Shown here: positions 18,978 to 29,707 of the stretch, piece after piece
Layout of the letters: the number at the start of each line of letters is the position of its first letter
How positions within the stretch are numbered: the stretch's first letter is position 1
DNA from: Tortispora ganteri
Taxonomy: Eukaryota
Length of the DNA stretch: 40,196 nt
Reading direction: 5' to 3'
NCBI GenBank assembly: GCA_003707115.1
Contig: PPNB01000041.1
Span: 1-40,196 of the forward strand
Notes under the pieces: generated by a model
What the model was told of the DNA's origin: nothing
The model's database searches: none
The model's input: only the letters and a program-made list of their open reading frames with translations
Program-made: the position numbers and the translations under genes

Positions 18978-20939
18978 TTATTCTTGCTGCCCTTCAAAGG
19001 CATCTAATTTGGCAGTAGCATCGTCCCAAGACAACCCGTCAAATACCATAGCACTAATTGCAGCAATAACATCTTCTTGCGAGCCACGAACTTGCATAGT
19101 AGTGTCTCTATGACGTAAAGTAACGGTGTGGTCCTTGACAGACTGGAAGTCAACAGTTACACCAAACGGAGTACCAAGTTCATCATTTCTAGCGTATCGG
19201 CGACCAATAGACGCAGAAGAATCATCAATCTTAGAAGAAATGAATGATTTGCGAAGTCGTTTAGTTATATCAGAAACAATTGGAGTAAAGATTTCGTTGT
19301 TGGATAATGGAACAAGCAACACCTTGGTAGGCGCAATAGCAGGAGTGAATGACAGCACCGAACGAGATAGATCATCAGGTCTTATCCAGAAATTCTGTTC
19401 TATGAGACAGTACAAAATGCGTGAAATACCGAAGGAAGGTTCAATGACGTTAGGGATGTACTCACGAATATGCTGCAGTTTTTTAATTTTTTCAATCTTA
19501 ATTAAAGAGTCATCCAAGCTCAAAGGCTTATTGTCTTGAACACCATCAACCACAAAGGAAATGCTCTTCTTTTCAGAGAGTTCCTTAGACAAATCTTCGA
19601 GTTCGCATTGAGTACGAGACGTGAGATAATGTTCAACTTTTCCGGCGTCTTTGCGGAACAATGGACCGAATTTTTTCTTGTCAATAATCACTTCATAATC
19701 TTCAATTTCCTTAGGAGTTTCCAAAGTTTCGCGAACAACGAGTTTCTCATTAGTACGTGCGGAATGCACTGAGAGATCATAAGCGGAACGATCTGCACAT
19801 CCGACACATTCAATCCAGCCGTAAGAAGTGTTCATTTCACCATCCCAACAGTCAGCGGCATAATGAGCCATTTCATTTTGTAAATGTTGACGGAATCTGA
19901 TACGAGCAGGGTCAGCACCGATTGAGAGTAGGAACTTATAGATACGGACAAGGAAGTATCCTAGAGTTTCATTGTCAACAATGCCTTTCTCAACGGCTTC
20001 ACCAATAGTAATCTCAAGTAGATCAGTACGGCCTTCCTGTTGAATAGACTTAGGAAGTAACCTCAAGACTGTGTCTTTTACTTCGGAGAAACGCGGGTGG
20101 GATTTGTTTTCGGGGTCGATGAAGTGTTCGATTTCAGCCATGCAGAATTCACGAGTTCTCAGCAGACCAGAACGAGGAGAAATTTCGTTTCGGAACGATT
20201 TACCAATAGCAGCACTTGCAAAAGGCATTCTGAGATTATTAGATTCGAGCAACTTACTGAAGTTAAGGAATTGACCTTGGGCTGTTTCGGGGCGCAAGTA
20301 ACCTTTAAGCTGACCAGAAGGACCAATAGCAGTCTCAAACATGAGATTGAATTCCATAGGGGGAGTCAGTTCGCCGCCAGTTGCGGGATTTCTGATGTCG
20401 AATTTCTTCATGAGATCGCCCAATTCAGGGCCTGAATAGCCATCGATCTGGGCGAGGACAAACTCGTATTCTTCAACGACAGAATCGTCAAGTTTTACGG
20501 CGACAATTTCTTTAACTTTTTTCTTTCGTTTCTTCTCCTCTGAGGTATCCTTTGCCGAGTGCTCCTGACCACGGGCAAGCTTGTCGCCTTTAAGTCGAGC
20601 TTCAAGGACTTCTTCGACGAGATGATCAGCTCTAAATATTTCACCAGTAGCAAGGTCACGGCACATCCAGTCTGCGAATTTATCGACATGACCAGAGGTC
20701 TTAAATACCTCATAAGGGGTCAGCATTGAGCAGTCTACTTCAAGGATATCTTCTTCAAGAACGAAATGTTTTCGCCACGCATCGATGATGTTTGATTGCA
20801 AAGCACAGCCAGGAGGACCGTAGTCATATAGTCCAGAGACTCCTCCATAAATGTCAAAAGAAGGAGCAAAAAAGAATCTGCGTTTAAGCACTGACTCGAG
20901 AGTTTCTCTATTAAAAGGCACAGATCGATCAACAGACAT
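18978..20939 (-). CDS. GRS1: Glycyl-tRNA synthetase (cytosolic AUG form; probable ACG-initiated mitochondrial form from 21029)
   Basis: LRPETAQGQF, FRNEISPR, REF.MAEIEHF, ECVGCADR, EPSFG and the anticodon-binding domain RRYARNDELG. Confidence 0.97.
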   Translation of the reverse strand: MSVDRSVPFNRETLESVLKRRFFFAPSFDIYGGVSGLYDYGPPGCALQSNIIDAWRKHFVLEEDILEVDCSMLTPYEVFKTSGHVDKFADWMCRDLATGEIFRADHLVEEVLEARLKGDKLARGQEHSAKDTSEEKKRKKKVKEIVAVKLDDSVVEEYEFVLAQIDGYSGPELGDLMKKFDIRNPATGGELTPPMEFNLMFETAIGPSGQLKGYLRPETAQGQFLNFSKLLESNNLRMPFASAAIGKSFRNEISPRSGLLRTREFCMAEIEHFIDPENKSHPRFSEVKDTVLRLLPKSIQQEGRTDLLEITIGEAVEKGIVDNETLGYFLVRIYKFLLSIGADPARIRFRQHLQNEMAHYAADCWDGEMNTSYGWIECVGCADRSAYDLSVHSARTNEKLVVRETLETPKEIEDYEVIIDKKKFGPLFRKDAGKVEHYLTSRTQCELEDLSKELSEKKSISFVVDGVQDNKPLSLDDSLIKIEKIKKLQHIREYIPNVIEPSFGISRILYCLIEQNFWIRPDDLSRSVLSFTPAIAPTKVLLVPLSNNEIFTPIVSDITKRLRKSFISSKIDDSSASIGRRYARNDELGTPFGVTVDFQSVKDHTVTLRHRDTTMQVRGSQEDVIAAISAMVFDGLSWDDATAKLDAFEGQQE

Positions 20940-21808
20940 TGCAGTTCGTATCTTGCTGCTAGCTAATCTCGAAAGTATCCGGATTGGAAAGGTGCTTGCA
21001 CTAGGTTTAATTGAACGGAATGAAATCGTTTTGCTAAGTCAATTTAGAGAAAAAAAAAATATATAAATTATTTAATAATTTATATATTTCAAGTTCTAAT
21101 ATTAACTAATAACCAAATTTCGACTTTAAAAGGAGTTCTGCTTATTATCTTTTTATTAGAAAAAGCTGTGGTGCTAAGTGTTTGGCAGTAATTATACTTT
21201 TTGTGCTAGTTTAAATATTTTCTAAATGGGCTAAGTTAACTATTAAATGGTGATTAGGGTTTAGTAAATATACAAATAGATAGTTATATTTTAGCGACAA
21301 ATTCTTGCATACTTTTTATTTATCGACATAAATATTAGTGTAAATCTGAAGTAAATAAAAATAAAATACTGTTAAGATTATGTGTAAATGTGTATGAAAG
21401 TTCCGTTTGCGGATATTATGAAGTGTCGTCGTGATTACAGCGTTTGGTAGCTTTTGGCTAAAGTTAGTAGAACAGAGTGCTTCCATCTTGTTAAATAGCT
21501 TGCACATACAAAACATGACTATAAATTTTGTTTACTCATTTAAATATTACCTAAACCTACAATTAATCTATCAAAATAACACAAGTCCTTCAATCAGACT
21601 TAAGGATCAGCGTTGTATGAATATATCAATTATATAACCGAACTCTAACAGCCGCACAATTTAAATATACACCTACGCTTAGTGACTAATGAACTAACTC
21701 TACACCTTTCGATAATCAGCTAAACTAATTTTTATAAACAAGAGATAGTGAGTTTTAACAGCCAATAAAACGCTTTAATGCACTAAAGGTCAATAGTTAT
21801 AAAATCCC

Positions 21809-24157
21809 ATGCGCGATCCAGACCGGTCAAAATCAAGCTCAAATGCAAGTACAAGTCTTAGCTATTTATTAGCGCCAGCTTCACTTTATGATACTTTCGC
21901 ATTATTTGCCTTGATTCTTCAATTTCCAGCCTCAATTATAACTTTATTTCATCTTACATATCTATTAGTTAACCTGAGTTCTTTCTCATTTGCATCTACT
22001 CCAGCAACAACTGGTTCATCTACCTCCGTCATATCAAACTCACATTCCAATTCCCCCGATATTGGCTTTTCGTTATTATTATTTTCTGACGCGTTTGTGC
22101 TATTAGTTGATTCAGCAATTTTGCCACATTACCGCGTGGTAATTGCGGATTTAGCAAGTGCACTCGTAGCAGCAAGCTTAGGCGGTGGCGGCATTTTTGA
22201 GCGCTGGTACAACTCCGTACGCGCTGCTTTGCTGCTAGAAGGCGGTAGAATCGTCTACTATATTGCCCAGATTTTTTTTGCATACATATTTCCCAACTAC
22301 TTTTATCATCCATTTGATCTGTCCTCATCCGGTCCTTCCCCTGACATCCACACTTCATCTCAATCCCCTATTTACCATTTCCTGTCTCTTATAGGAATAC
22401 CCGTTCCATATAACTCGATATCTACCCTCAATTCGCTAGTAGCAGGCAAAAACGGATGGCTTTCTCAGTCGATTGCTATTCACATTATCGGGTACAATCT
22501 GGCCCATATTATACACCGTATATACTCGACGAAACATGACGATATGCCTGTTAAGCACAAACCTTCAGACCCCGCCCAAGCGGACTATGCTGATGACCAT
22601 GCAGTCTTCTCCGGTTCTGATATTGATCTCAATCCCTTCCAAGCTGCCAGAAGACGCCGCAGGATAATGGCAGTCAGGTCGCAGCAGCCTCTGTGGTCGA
22701 CTCTGGCAAGCGTTTTAGTGTCTGCTGCTAAAGAGTCAGAGACCCTCAACGTTGCCGAATACTCTGCACAATCGTCGTCCATAAGACACTGGCCACGTTA
22801 TATGAAGAATATTCTAGATTCTGCATTACTTTTTATTGCGCCTTCTATTGCATCAGAAAAAACTTTGCGTTCCGCTCAACAACCGGATTTTTTGAGTCCA
22901 AACATGGCGGTCTGCGCATTGACTGCGATTACCAGCTCTACAGTTACATTCGAGGTGGATTCTATGTTTTTCCACCAATCAGGCTTACACTATGACTCTT
23001 ACTATTTATACTGGGGCTCCTTAAGTGTCACTGTGAATGGAATCACCTGGCCACAAGCGACCATCGAGCAGCGCGTCGTTGAGGAGGATTTAGAAGACGG
23101 CGAGACTAAGCAAGAAGTATATTTGCGAATATCAGGACTCTCACAGTCTACAAATTACGACATATGCATACTAAGACAGTATCAAAAATCAGGACAAGAT
23201 GTGGACGAGTCAGCACTTTCTGACTCTGAAGATGAAGATGAGGCTATTAAAGTCAGTAGTGAACCTTGGCTCGTTCTGCCTGTCTGTAAAGTATCAGTAT
23301 CTACACTATCTGCCGACTCTGTATCTCCAGGACCTGCTCAAGTGAGAACTATATCGCCTGTCACGACATTGCTGGACGCTCTAACCGCCGCAACAAACAC
23401 GCTTTCGGAGGAAAAGATGAAGTTTAAGAAGAAGCGTAAAGAACAGACGCGACAGCTGAACCAGCTGCGTACAGAGCTCGATATATTGAAAGCTAAAGTT
23501 GGTGATGCTACTGATATCAGTACGGAAAACTTGCCTCCGGGAGGTTTTGCAACATCGCCCTCGACAGCATCGAAATCCGATGAGCGCACACATCGACGTT
23601 TATTGGCACTGCAAGAGGTATGCAGTAGGATGGAGGAGGAGATCAAGGCGTTGGACGTCGATATAGAAAGTCTTAATCGGGATCTCGAAGAAAGCGCCGA
23701 GCCTAAAAAGCTGCTCCGCGAGGCACTTGAAAAACATGACAGAGGGCTTGCATCCGTGAAGGACTTAGAGAGCCAATTGAGTGACCTACAATCTAGTGTT
23801 GACCTTGAGAGGGAAGCGCAGCGCGAGAAATTGGAGTCATTAGAGCAGAAGCTGGAGATTGCAAAGGAAAGGTATGAAATCCTTTCCAAGGAGATCGACA
23901 TGGTTAGGCTACGAGAAAAAGAAGAGACCGAAGAAGATAGACGGTTGTTCGAAGAGCAGAAGCAGGAGTATGAAGAAGTTCTCACTCGACGTAAGGCTGT
24001 ACATCACGAATTCTCTACGGCTATAGCTAAGATGGACAAGCGTATTGAAGAGATTCAAACGACGACAACCGCTCTCCGAGGATCATTGGAAAGCGGTATA
24101 CCACTTGCGCGACCACCACCAGAGCCTGCAAGTCTGGTATCGCCTACGAAACAATGA
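21809..24157 (+). CDS. AcrB/Nnf2-like membrane + coiled-coil protein
   Basis: N-terminal hydrophobic segments (DTFALFALILQFP), RSQQPLWSTLAS, VNGITW, SPVTTL and a long C-terminal coiled coil, resembling Aspergillus AcrB / yeast Nnf2. Confidence 0.7.
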   Translation: MRDPDRSKSSSNASTSLSYLLAPASLYDTFALFALILQFPASIITLFHLTYLLVNLSSFSFASTPATTGSSTSVISNSHSNSPDIGFSLLLFSDAFVLLVDSAILPHYRVVIADLASALVAASLGGGGIFERWYNSVRAALLLEGGRIVYYIAQIFFAYIFPNYFYHPFDLSSSGPSPDIHTSSQSPIYHFLSLIGIPVPYNSISTLNSLVAGKNGWLSQSIAIHIIGYNLAHIIHRIYSTKHDDMPVKHKPSDPAQADYADDHAVFSGSDIDLNPFQAARRRRRIMAVRSQQPLWSTLASVLVSAAKESETLNVAEYSAQSSSIRHWPRYMKNILDSALLFIAPSIASEKTLRSAQQPDFLSPNMAVCALTAITSSTVTFEVDSMFFHQSGLHYDSYYLYWGSLSVTVNGITWPQATIEQRVVEEDLEDGETKQEVYLRISGLSQSTNYDICILRQYQKSGQDVDESALSDSEDEDEAIKVSSEPWLVLPVCKVSVSTLSADSVSPGPAQVRTISPVTTLLDALTAATNTLSEEKMKFKKKRKEQTRQLNQLRTELDILKAKVGDATDISTENLPPGGFATSPSTASKSDERTHRRLLALQEVCSRMEEEIKALDVDIESLNRDLEESAEPKKLLREALEKHDRGLASVKDLESQLSDLQSSVDLEREAQREKLESLEQKLEIAKERYEILSKEIDMVRLREKEETEEDRRLFEEQKQEYEEVLTRRKAVHHEFSTAIAKMDKRIEEIQTTTTALRGSLESGIPLARPPPEPASLVSPTKQ

Positions 24158-24222
24158 GATAGCGCATATTACCGCTAAAGAGTAGAAGTATTTCGTACTT
24201 ATATACAATTGAGGAGATTTTG

Positions 24223-24777
24223 TCACCACTCCTCTAGTGATGTTCCAAGTTCGTGAAACCTGTGGTTGCTGTATAGAAGAGGAGAGTCATGATCTGGGGT
24301 ACGTTTTATTGACTGGACTTTAGCTACCCACAATTCGTGATCCTGTACAAGGAACGAAGAATGTTTAATGCAATGAAAAGTGATACATGCTTCAGGGAAT
24401 GTAGGCAGAGATATTTGCGAAAGTGTTTGCATGAGAGGCAGCGAGCTCACTGCGGCATGCGGATTCTCGGAGAATTCTCGGCATAGTTTGGCTGTATGAG
24501 TGGAAGATTCAAATAAATGAATTAGCATATGAGATTGAGGTACACTGTGCAGCATATCGAGGGTCTTTGATGGAGTAGCTATATTGAAAGAGAGGAGTTG
24601 ATGTGGTTTCAGGGAGAGCGATGTTAATGAGGATATGGTCATTCCTGCACGATTTTCAGCGTCTAAGGCTGTAGTAAGAATACAAACCGCACTTGGTATC
24701 AGTGACATTGCTTTTCGAAATTGTCTAGCACCTGTAATACTAGAAACGTTGCTAAATGAACGATCCCATCTGATCAT
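24223..24777 (-). CDS. Flavin-reductase-like FMN-binding protein
   Basis: FRKAMSLIPSAVCILTT, GMTISSLTSLSL.P, DHELW, SPLLYSNHRF. First ATG is at 24777. Confidence 0.8.
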   Translation of the reverse strand: MIRWDRSFSNVSSITGARQFRKAMSLIPSAVCILTTALDAENRAGMTISSLTSLSLKPHQLLSFNIATPSKTLDMLHSVPQSHMLIHLFESSTHTAKLCREFSENPHAAVSSLPLMQTLSQISLPTFPEACITFHCIKHSSFLVQDHELWVAKVQSIKRTPDHDSPLLYSNHRFHELGTSLEEW

Positions 24778-25367
24778 AATGTATGGTGCAGTAAAAGAAA
24801 GGTTCTTCGAACGTGTATTGAAGTTGACTAATAAGTCTCTCAACTGACGGCTTAGTTACTCTTAAAAATAACTAACTACTAATTAAATAAACAAAAAATA
24901 AATAAATAAATAAATAATTAATAATTTACAGATCATGAATATAATCGAATAGATCAAATCAAAATTGTATGTCGTACTGATTCCCGATATATCATTGAAA
25001 GACAAGAAAAACTTGTCATCTCAATATTAGGTGCCCAGTAATGACATTGGGGTTTAATCTACACATAATAGGAAGCTCATTATTTCACATATTGAATATC
25101 TCATCTTTTGCAAGAAAAGAATAAAAAATAATCAATAACAAGGGCAATTACGTGATATAAAATGATGTTAAAAGAAAAAGAAGATTTCATTCGGGGTAAC
25201 CCAACTATTTATATATGAAAAATTAATTAAGCTTTGTGCCAGGCAAATATTTAGCGCACATCGCTATACTAATAAGTAGGAAGTACACAATATAAATGAG
25301 AACAAACCAAAAAATATAAGTATAAACGCAATAGTCGTGCAAGTCAAAATCACACAGAAGAATAATG

Positions 25368-27215
25368 TTACAAGAATAAACCGGGACCAGAGTCGTAAGT
25401 GGGTCGAGTTTGCACAATATGGCGTGCTTGCTTCTTCATGGGAACGGCTTGCCATGCTGAACTGGCCGTAAGCGAAGGCAAGCAACGCAAAGCGTAGCGA
25501 ATAATTTGTGATTCAGTCATTGCTTCTGTTGGTGGAGACCATTTCGTGTACGAGCCTTCGAGTTCTACATACTTGGTAGCAGACGTACGACGGCTGAGGC
25601 TCGTAGATGGAGAGCTTCGGTGATTGTCCCAGGGTGCTAATTGTTCTGTAGGCTGTCCACTAAGAGTGGAAGAAGATGCAGATGCAGATAAAGACAATGA
25701 GTCTAGTGATATAGATAGCATCGGAATATTCGCTGGCGAATCATTAGGAGTAATGTTAGCTCTTTCCTCGGATGTTGGAGTGAGCGCTGAGTCTTCTTCT
25801 ACTTCTCCCTCTTCTCCTTCTTCATCATCAGCAGCAGGAATTTCATCAGGATCACTATCAGAATCGTCTTGATTACCTAAGGCCATATGACTAACTTCGT
25901 AATCGTTAGTTACATGATTCGGATTTTCGAAAGAGGCAGGTCCGGCATCGGAAGCGCGATTGTTTTCGAGGTATCCAGATGCAGCGGAACCCACCGCCTC
26001 AGGTTTAACCGCATCTGTAGCAGCCACTAGCGTTATCTTTGATTGCGACTGTGACTGTAGTTGATTTTGTGATGATGAATGCGATCGAGGTATCGGCAGC
26101 CTTTGCAAGTCGGGTTGCTCATTGTATGAAGGCTGCAACTGGTTCCCGGTAGGCTCAAGACCTGAAGCATCATTATGCTTTATAGCGGTACTGTCAGGAT
26201 TATGCGAAAGAGACATGCTAGATTTGCGGCGGCCTAGTAAGCGAGATAATGCAGAGACGGAGGGAGATGATTTAGCGCGAGCACGACCAGCAATATTAGA
26301 TAAAGCCTCAGGTAAGCTGGCAAGGCCTGCGACAGAGGAGCCACGACGGCGTGAGGACCCATCAGCATGCAAATGAGATTGTGGAGGAGGGTCTAAGCCT
26401 GTATGTGGAAGGCTTTGAGACAAAGGAGAGCGCGAGGATCGGTACTGGTGGTGCGCGGCCGCGGAAGCAGCGATAGCGGACTGGTGACGTCGGCGCTGTC
26501 TATTTCGTCTTCTTGGGACTGTTCTTTGCTTAGGAAGCGGTCTATCTTCCAATGGAAGAGCGAGATCTATGCCTGCTTGTATGGCATGTATCCAGCAGAT
26601 CATGTCGACGGGGTTTGCGCATTCGAAGAGGAGCTGTTCGCCCTCGGCGCGCAGACGGAAGACATTTTTGCGCTTTAGATAGTCGGAAGAGACGCCAACG
26701 GATGCATATTGGAGGGTATATGAGCGTACGAGTTCAAGAGAGTCGAAACCGGGTATGTTGGAGCAGGTGAAGTGGCCAGAAGTGGCGGTCATAGAAGAAA
26801 CGTTAGAGGAAGTACGAGATCGAGTACCGACAGGCGAAGAAGAGTACGCAGCACTGTCGGAAGTTGAGAGAGTTGCAGTGAGAGAAGAGCGCGTGTGCGA
26901 AGAGGGTGATACGGCGGCATAGTCAGGGAGGATTTCCAAGAAGTTAGGGAACAGGTCCTCAGCAGAAAGAGAAGACGAAGGGGGAATTTTAGGGAAGCGG
27001 GCGGAAGATTTTGCGAGTCTATAGACATTTAGTTGCGTGCTGTTTAAAAGAAGCAAGACTTTTGACCAAGATCGGAAAACTGCGGCTTCGACAGGCGAGA
27101 TCATTTCCAGTTTGCGATTGAGCACGCCAATGCGGTGAACGGTAGGTTTGTAGGCGGGTAAAGAGTCATCATCAGAAAGCGGATCAAGATCTGCAGATAT
27201 TGGCGGCGGCTCCAT
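25368..27215 (-). CDS. PH-domain protein (YHR131C/YNL144C-like)
   Basis: LPAYKPTV, RSW..LNSTQLNVY, RSYTLQYA.VG..DYLKRKNVFRLRAEGEQLL and WI..IQAGIDLALPLEDR, followed by a low-complexity tail. Confidence 0.8.
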   Translation of the reverse strand: MEPPPISADLDPLSDDDSLPAYKPTVHRIGVLNRKLEMISPVEAAVFRSWSKVLLLLNSTQLNVYRLAKSSARFPKIPPSSSLSAEDLFPNFLEILPDYAAVSPSSHTRSSLTATLSTSDSAAYSSSPVGTRSRTSSNVSSMTATSGHFTCSNIPGFDSLELVRSYTLQYASVGVSSDYLKRKNVFRLRAEGEQLLFECANPVDMICWIHAIQAGIDLALPLEDRPLPKQRTVPRRRNRQRRRHQSAIAASAAAHHQYRSSRSPLSQSLPHTGLDPPPQSHLHADGSSRRRGSSVAGLASLPEALSNIAGRARAKSSPSVSALSRLLGRRKSSMSLSHNPDSTAIKHNDASGLEPTGNQLQPSYNEQPDLQRLPIPRSHSSSQNQLQSQSQSKITLVAATDAVKPEAVGSAASGYLENNRASDAGPASFENPNHVTNDYEVSHMALGNQDDSDSDPDEIPAADDEEGEEGEVEEDSALTPTSEERANITPNDSPANIPMLSISLDSLSLSASASSSTLSGQPTEQLAPWDNHRSSPSTSLSRRTSATKYVELEGSYTKWSPPTEAMTESQIIRYALRCLPSLTASSAWQAVPMKKQARHIVQTRPTYDSGPGLFL

Positions 27216-27981
27216 TATTAAAGCGCCAAAACAAGAGGAGGTGGCGTAAGGTAGTGATGTGTAATAATTCCGCGATATATATGACAGTTATAAGACGTGA
27301 AATACTGTGTCAATTTAATCACACGGAAGAAGCGGATGGAGAAAGCTAAAAATGAGAGTATGACCAATCACGAACATGCGCCTATATGTGAAAGGAATTA
27401 TAGCCGGTGTATTAGAGTAAGAAACCCTTTTTGAGAAAAAGCTATATATATGCAGACACAAATATTTAACACGTCAGCGACGGTATATATGCTTCAGTTT
27501 TTGTTAAGAACAGATGTAATTTAGACGGGGGGGTTGTCAAGTGAGGAAGAGAGTTCGTTTCTGACAGTAAAGAATGACCTAAAATTTAGTTACCCGGACT
27601 CCCTGGGACAGCCTAGACTAAACTAAGATGAGCCTGCACGAAGTCAGTTAGAAAGGATGTTTCACAGCTTAGTTTCACGTGCTATATTTTCAGCAAGACA
27701 ATCAAAACTCGTATGTGAGAATCTAATATAGTGTCTAAAGCGAATTTCGCCTTGTTACAGACTCTACCTTCTTTTGGCCGCGGGGGGATAGTGGAGGGGG
27801 GCGCTGGGCTATGCTATGCTGTCAGAGGTATGCTGGGATCTTTCCTTTAACAGACATTCTAATTGCAATAAGGTTCACGAGCATCACGCCAAATTTAACT
27901 CGATTTGGATAACAGATATTCTCGATCGTGATAAGAGAATTTGTTAGAGATATGCGATAAGACTGTATACACTGACGGGCA

Positions 27982-28003
27982 ACGTCTGTTTACGTCTGTT
28001 TAC
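27982..28003. repeat. 10-bp tandem duplication containing two TGTTTAC (forkhead-like) sites
   Basis: ACGTCTGTTT ACGTCTGTTT AC. Confidence 0.7.
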
Positions 28004-28347
28004 TATTGCATGCGTTTTACGAGCTTTACTTTGTGCTGTATGTCTGCCACATCCGCCTCCTTTTAACTGAGCCTATACATCGGGGGTTTTCTTTAGAGCT
28101 TTAATCTTACGCGCGTTTCGGCCAATTAGAGCTTGCGATTTCTCATCCACACTAACCCTGTGAACGCATTTCACCAGTCCATCGATCAAGAAGGTCCGGG
28201 CCAACGGTATCTCGCCCAGCATCGCATTTGACTCTTAAAGATTTGCTGCCAGCAGTACCGCAACCCTGCCCTGTGTTCAACTTTTGCTCGCAGACCCGCA
28301 TTAAAAAATCTCAAAGAGCAAGTTCCGTTGGTCCTATGATAGATCTA

Positions 28348-28459
28348 GTCACGTGATATCAATTTCTTTTTATTTAGGTCATGTTACTGCAGGATCAATG
28401 TCACCGACACTTCGCTCCGTTAGGGTTCAGCCTCGGCAAACCTTATCCCCCGCATTTTG
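28348..28459. promoter_or_regulatory. ANT1 upstream motifs: Cbf1 E-box, CCTCGG (FarA/Ctf1/Por1-type) and Mig1/CreA site
   Basis: GTCACGTGA at 28348-28356, CCTCGG at 28431-28436, CCCCGCATTTT starting at 28448. Confidence 0.45.
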
Positions 28460-28687
28460 CCGACTTTTCTCAACGCGCGCACTTACCATACGGCAATATA
28501 CTACCGCTTGACTTTCTACACAATAACCAATCCCGCCTTAGATCGACTTTTGGTTTTATACGCGCTACACCGCTGTTTTTGCACGAATATAAACTGAACG
28601 CTACCGTTCTGTCACATCTACTCTTTTCTTTATCATCGATAGAATCACCGCGGCCCCGCTTTTCTGTATTGTAATTTTTGGAGAAAT

Positions 28688-29707
28688 ATGTCCGTACTGT
28701 CCAAAGAACCACCTCTACCTCCATGGGGCTATGCGCTCTCAGGATCTGTAGGCGCTGTGCTTGCTAACATTATTGTGTATCCGTTGGATATCGCTAAGAC
28801 TCGCCTGCAGACCCAGCCAAAACGCAAACGATCCTCTACTGTCGGCACCAGCGCGTCAGATCGCCGCTCTCGCGCGGACAGCGTTTACTCAGATAGTGCA
28901 TCTGAAATGCAGGAGAATTATCTTGATGAGATCGAAGATCCTAAATATTATAAGCATACCTGGGATGCTATTCGCAAGATTTATAAGCAGAACGGCCTCC
29001 AGGGCCTCTACGTCGGCCTTCCGGGCACCCTCGTTGGTGTCGCAGCCACTAATTTTGCCTACTTCTACTGGTACGGCCTAGTACGTACTGCGTACTCAAA
29101 GCGTGTAGCTGTCATTTCGACATCAATGGAGCTCGTCCTAGGAGCCGTCGCAGGCGCCTTGGCCCAGCTCTTTACGTTGCCTATCGCCGTAGTCACAACC
29201 GCTCAGCAGACGCACGACGGTCCTGCTCAGAGTGCCGCTACTATTGCTAAACGGATTATCCAGCACGATGGAATTACTGGCCTTTGGCGTGGTCTTAAGG
29301 CCTCCTTGGTCCTCGTGATTAACCCATCTATTACCTACGGTTCCTATCAACGTCTTAAAGTCGCACTGTTCCCCGGAAAATCGTCTTTCTCCCCACAAGA
29401 GTCGTTTCTTCTAGGCGCATTGTCAAAAGCCATGGCCACTGTTGCGACCCAACCATTGATTGTCGCAAAGGTGATGGTCCAGGCCTCTGCCGGTAAAGCG
29501 ACATCGAAAGACGCTCAGCATATGAACAATTTTGGCTCTGCGCTGTGGTACTTAGCAGAACACGAGGGGCTCTCTGGACTATTTAAAGGACTTGGACCGC
29601 AATTAGGTAAGGGCGTTATTGTACAAGGCTTACTGTTTGCATTCCGCGATCAAATTCAGCTTTTAATCATTCTGTTGTTTCGACTGGCGCGAAAGCGATC
29701 TGCATAG
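28688..29707 (+). CDS. ANT1: Peroxisomal adenine nucleotide carrier Ant1 (SLC25 family)
   Basis: LPPWGYALSG..ANIIVYPLDIAKTRLQ, NFAYFYWY, LVINPSITY and ATQPLIVAK; three carrier repeats. Confidence 0.9.
   Translation: MSVLSKEPPLPPWGYALSGSVGAVLANIIVYPLDIAKTRLQTQPKRKRSSTVGTSASDRRSRADSVYSDSASEMQENYLDEIEDPKYYKHTWDAIRKIYKQNGLQGLYVGLPGTLVGVAATNFAYFYWYGLVRTAYSKRVAVISTSMELVLGAVAGALAQLFTLPIAVVTTAQQTHDGPAQSAATIAKRIIQHDGITGLWRGLKASLVLVINPSITYGSYQRLKVALFPGKSSFSPQESFLLGALSKAMATVATQPLIVAKVMVQASAGKATSKDAQHMNNFGSALWYLAEHEGLSGLFKGLGPQLGKGVIVQGLLFAFRDQIQLLIILLFRLARKRSA

Noticed and set aside
21000..21570. Long TGA-free minus-strand frame read as another TAR pseudogene
   Set aside because: TGA is nearly absent from all three minus frames here, so its absence in one frame is uninformative, and TAR density is close to random expectation.
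23338..23985. 215-aa Ser-rich antisense ORF
   Set aside because: Mirror of the Glu/Lys-rich coiled coil of the AcrB-like gene.
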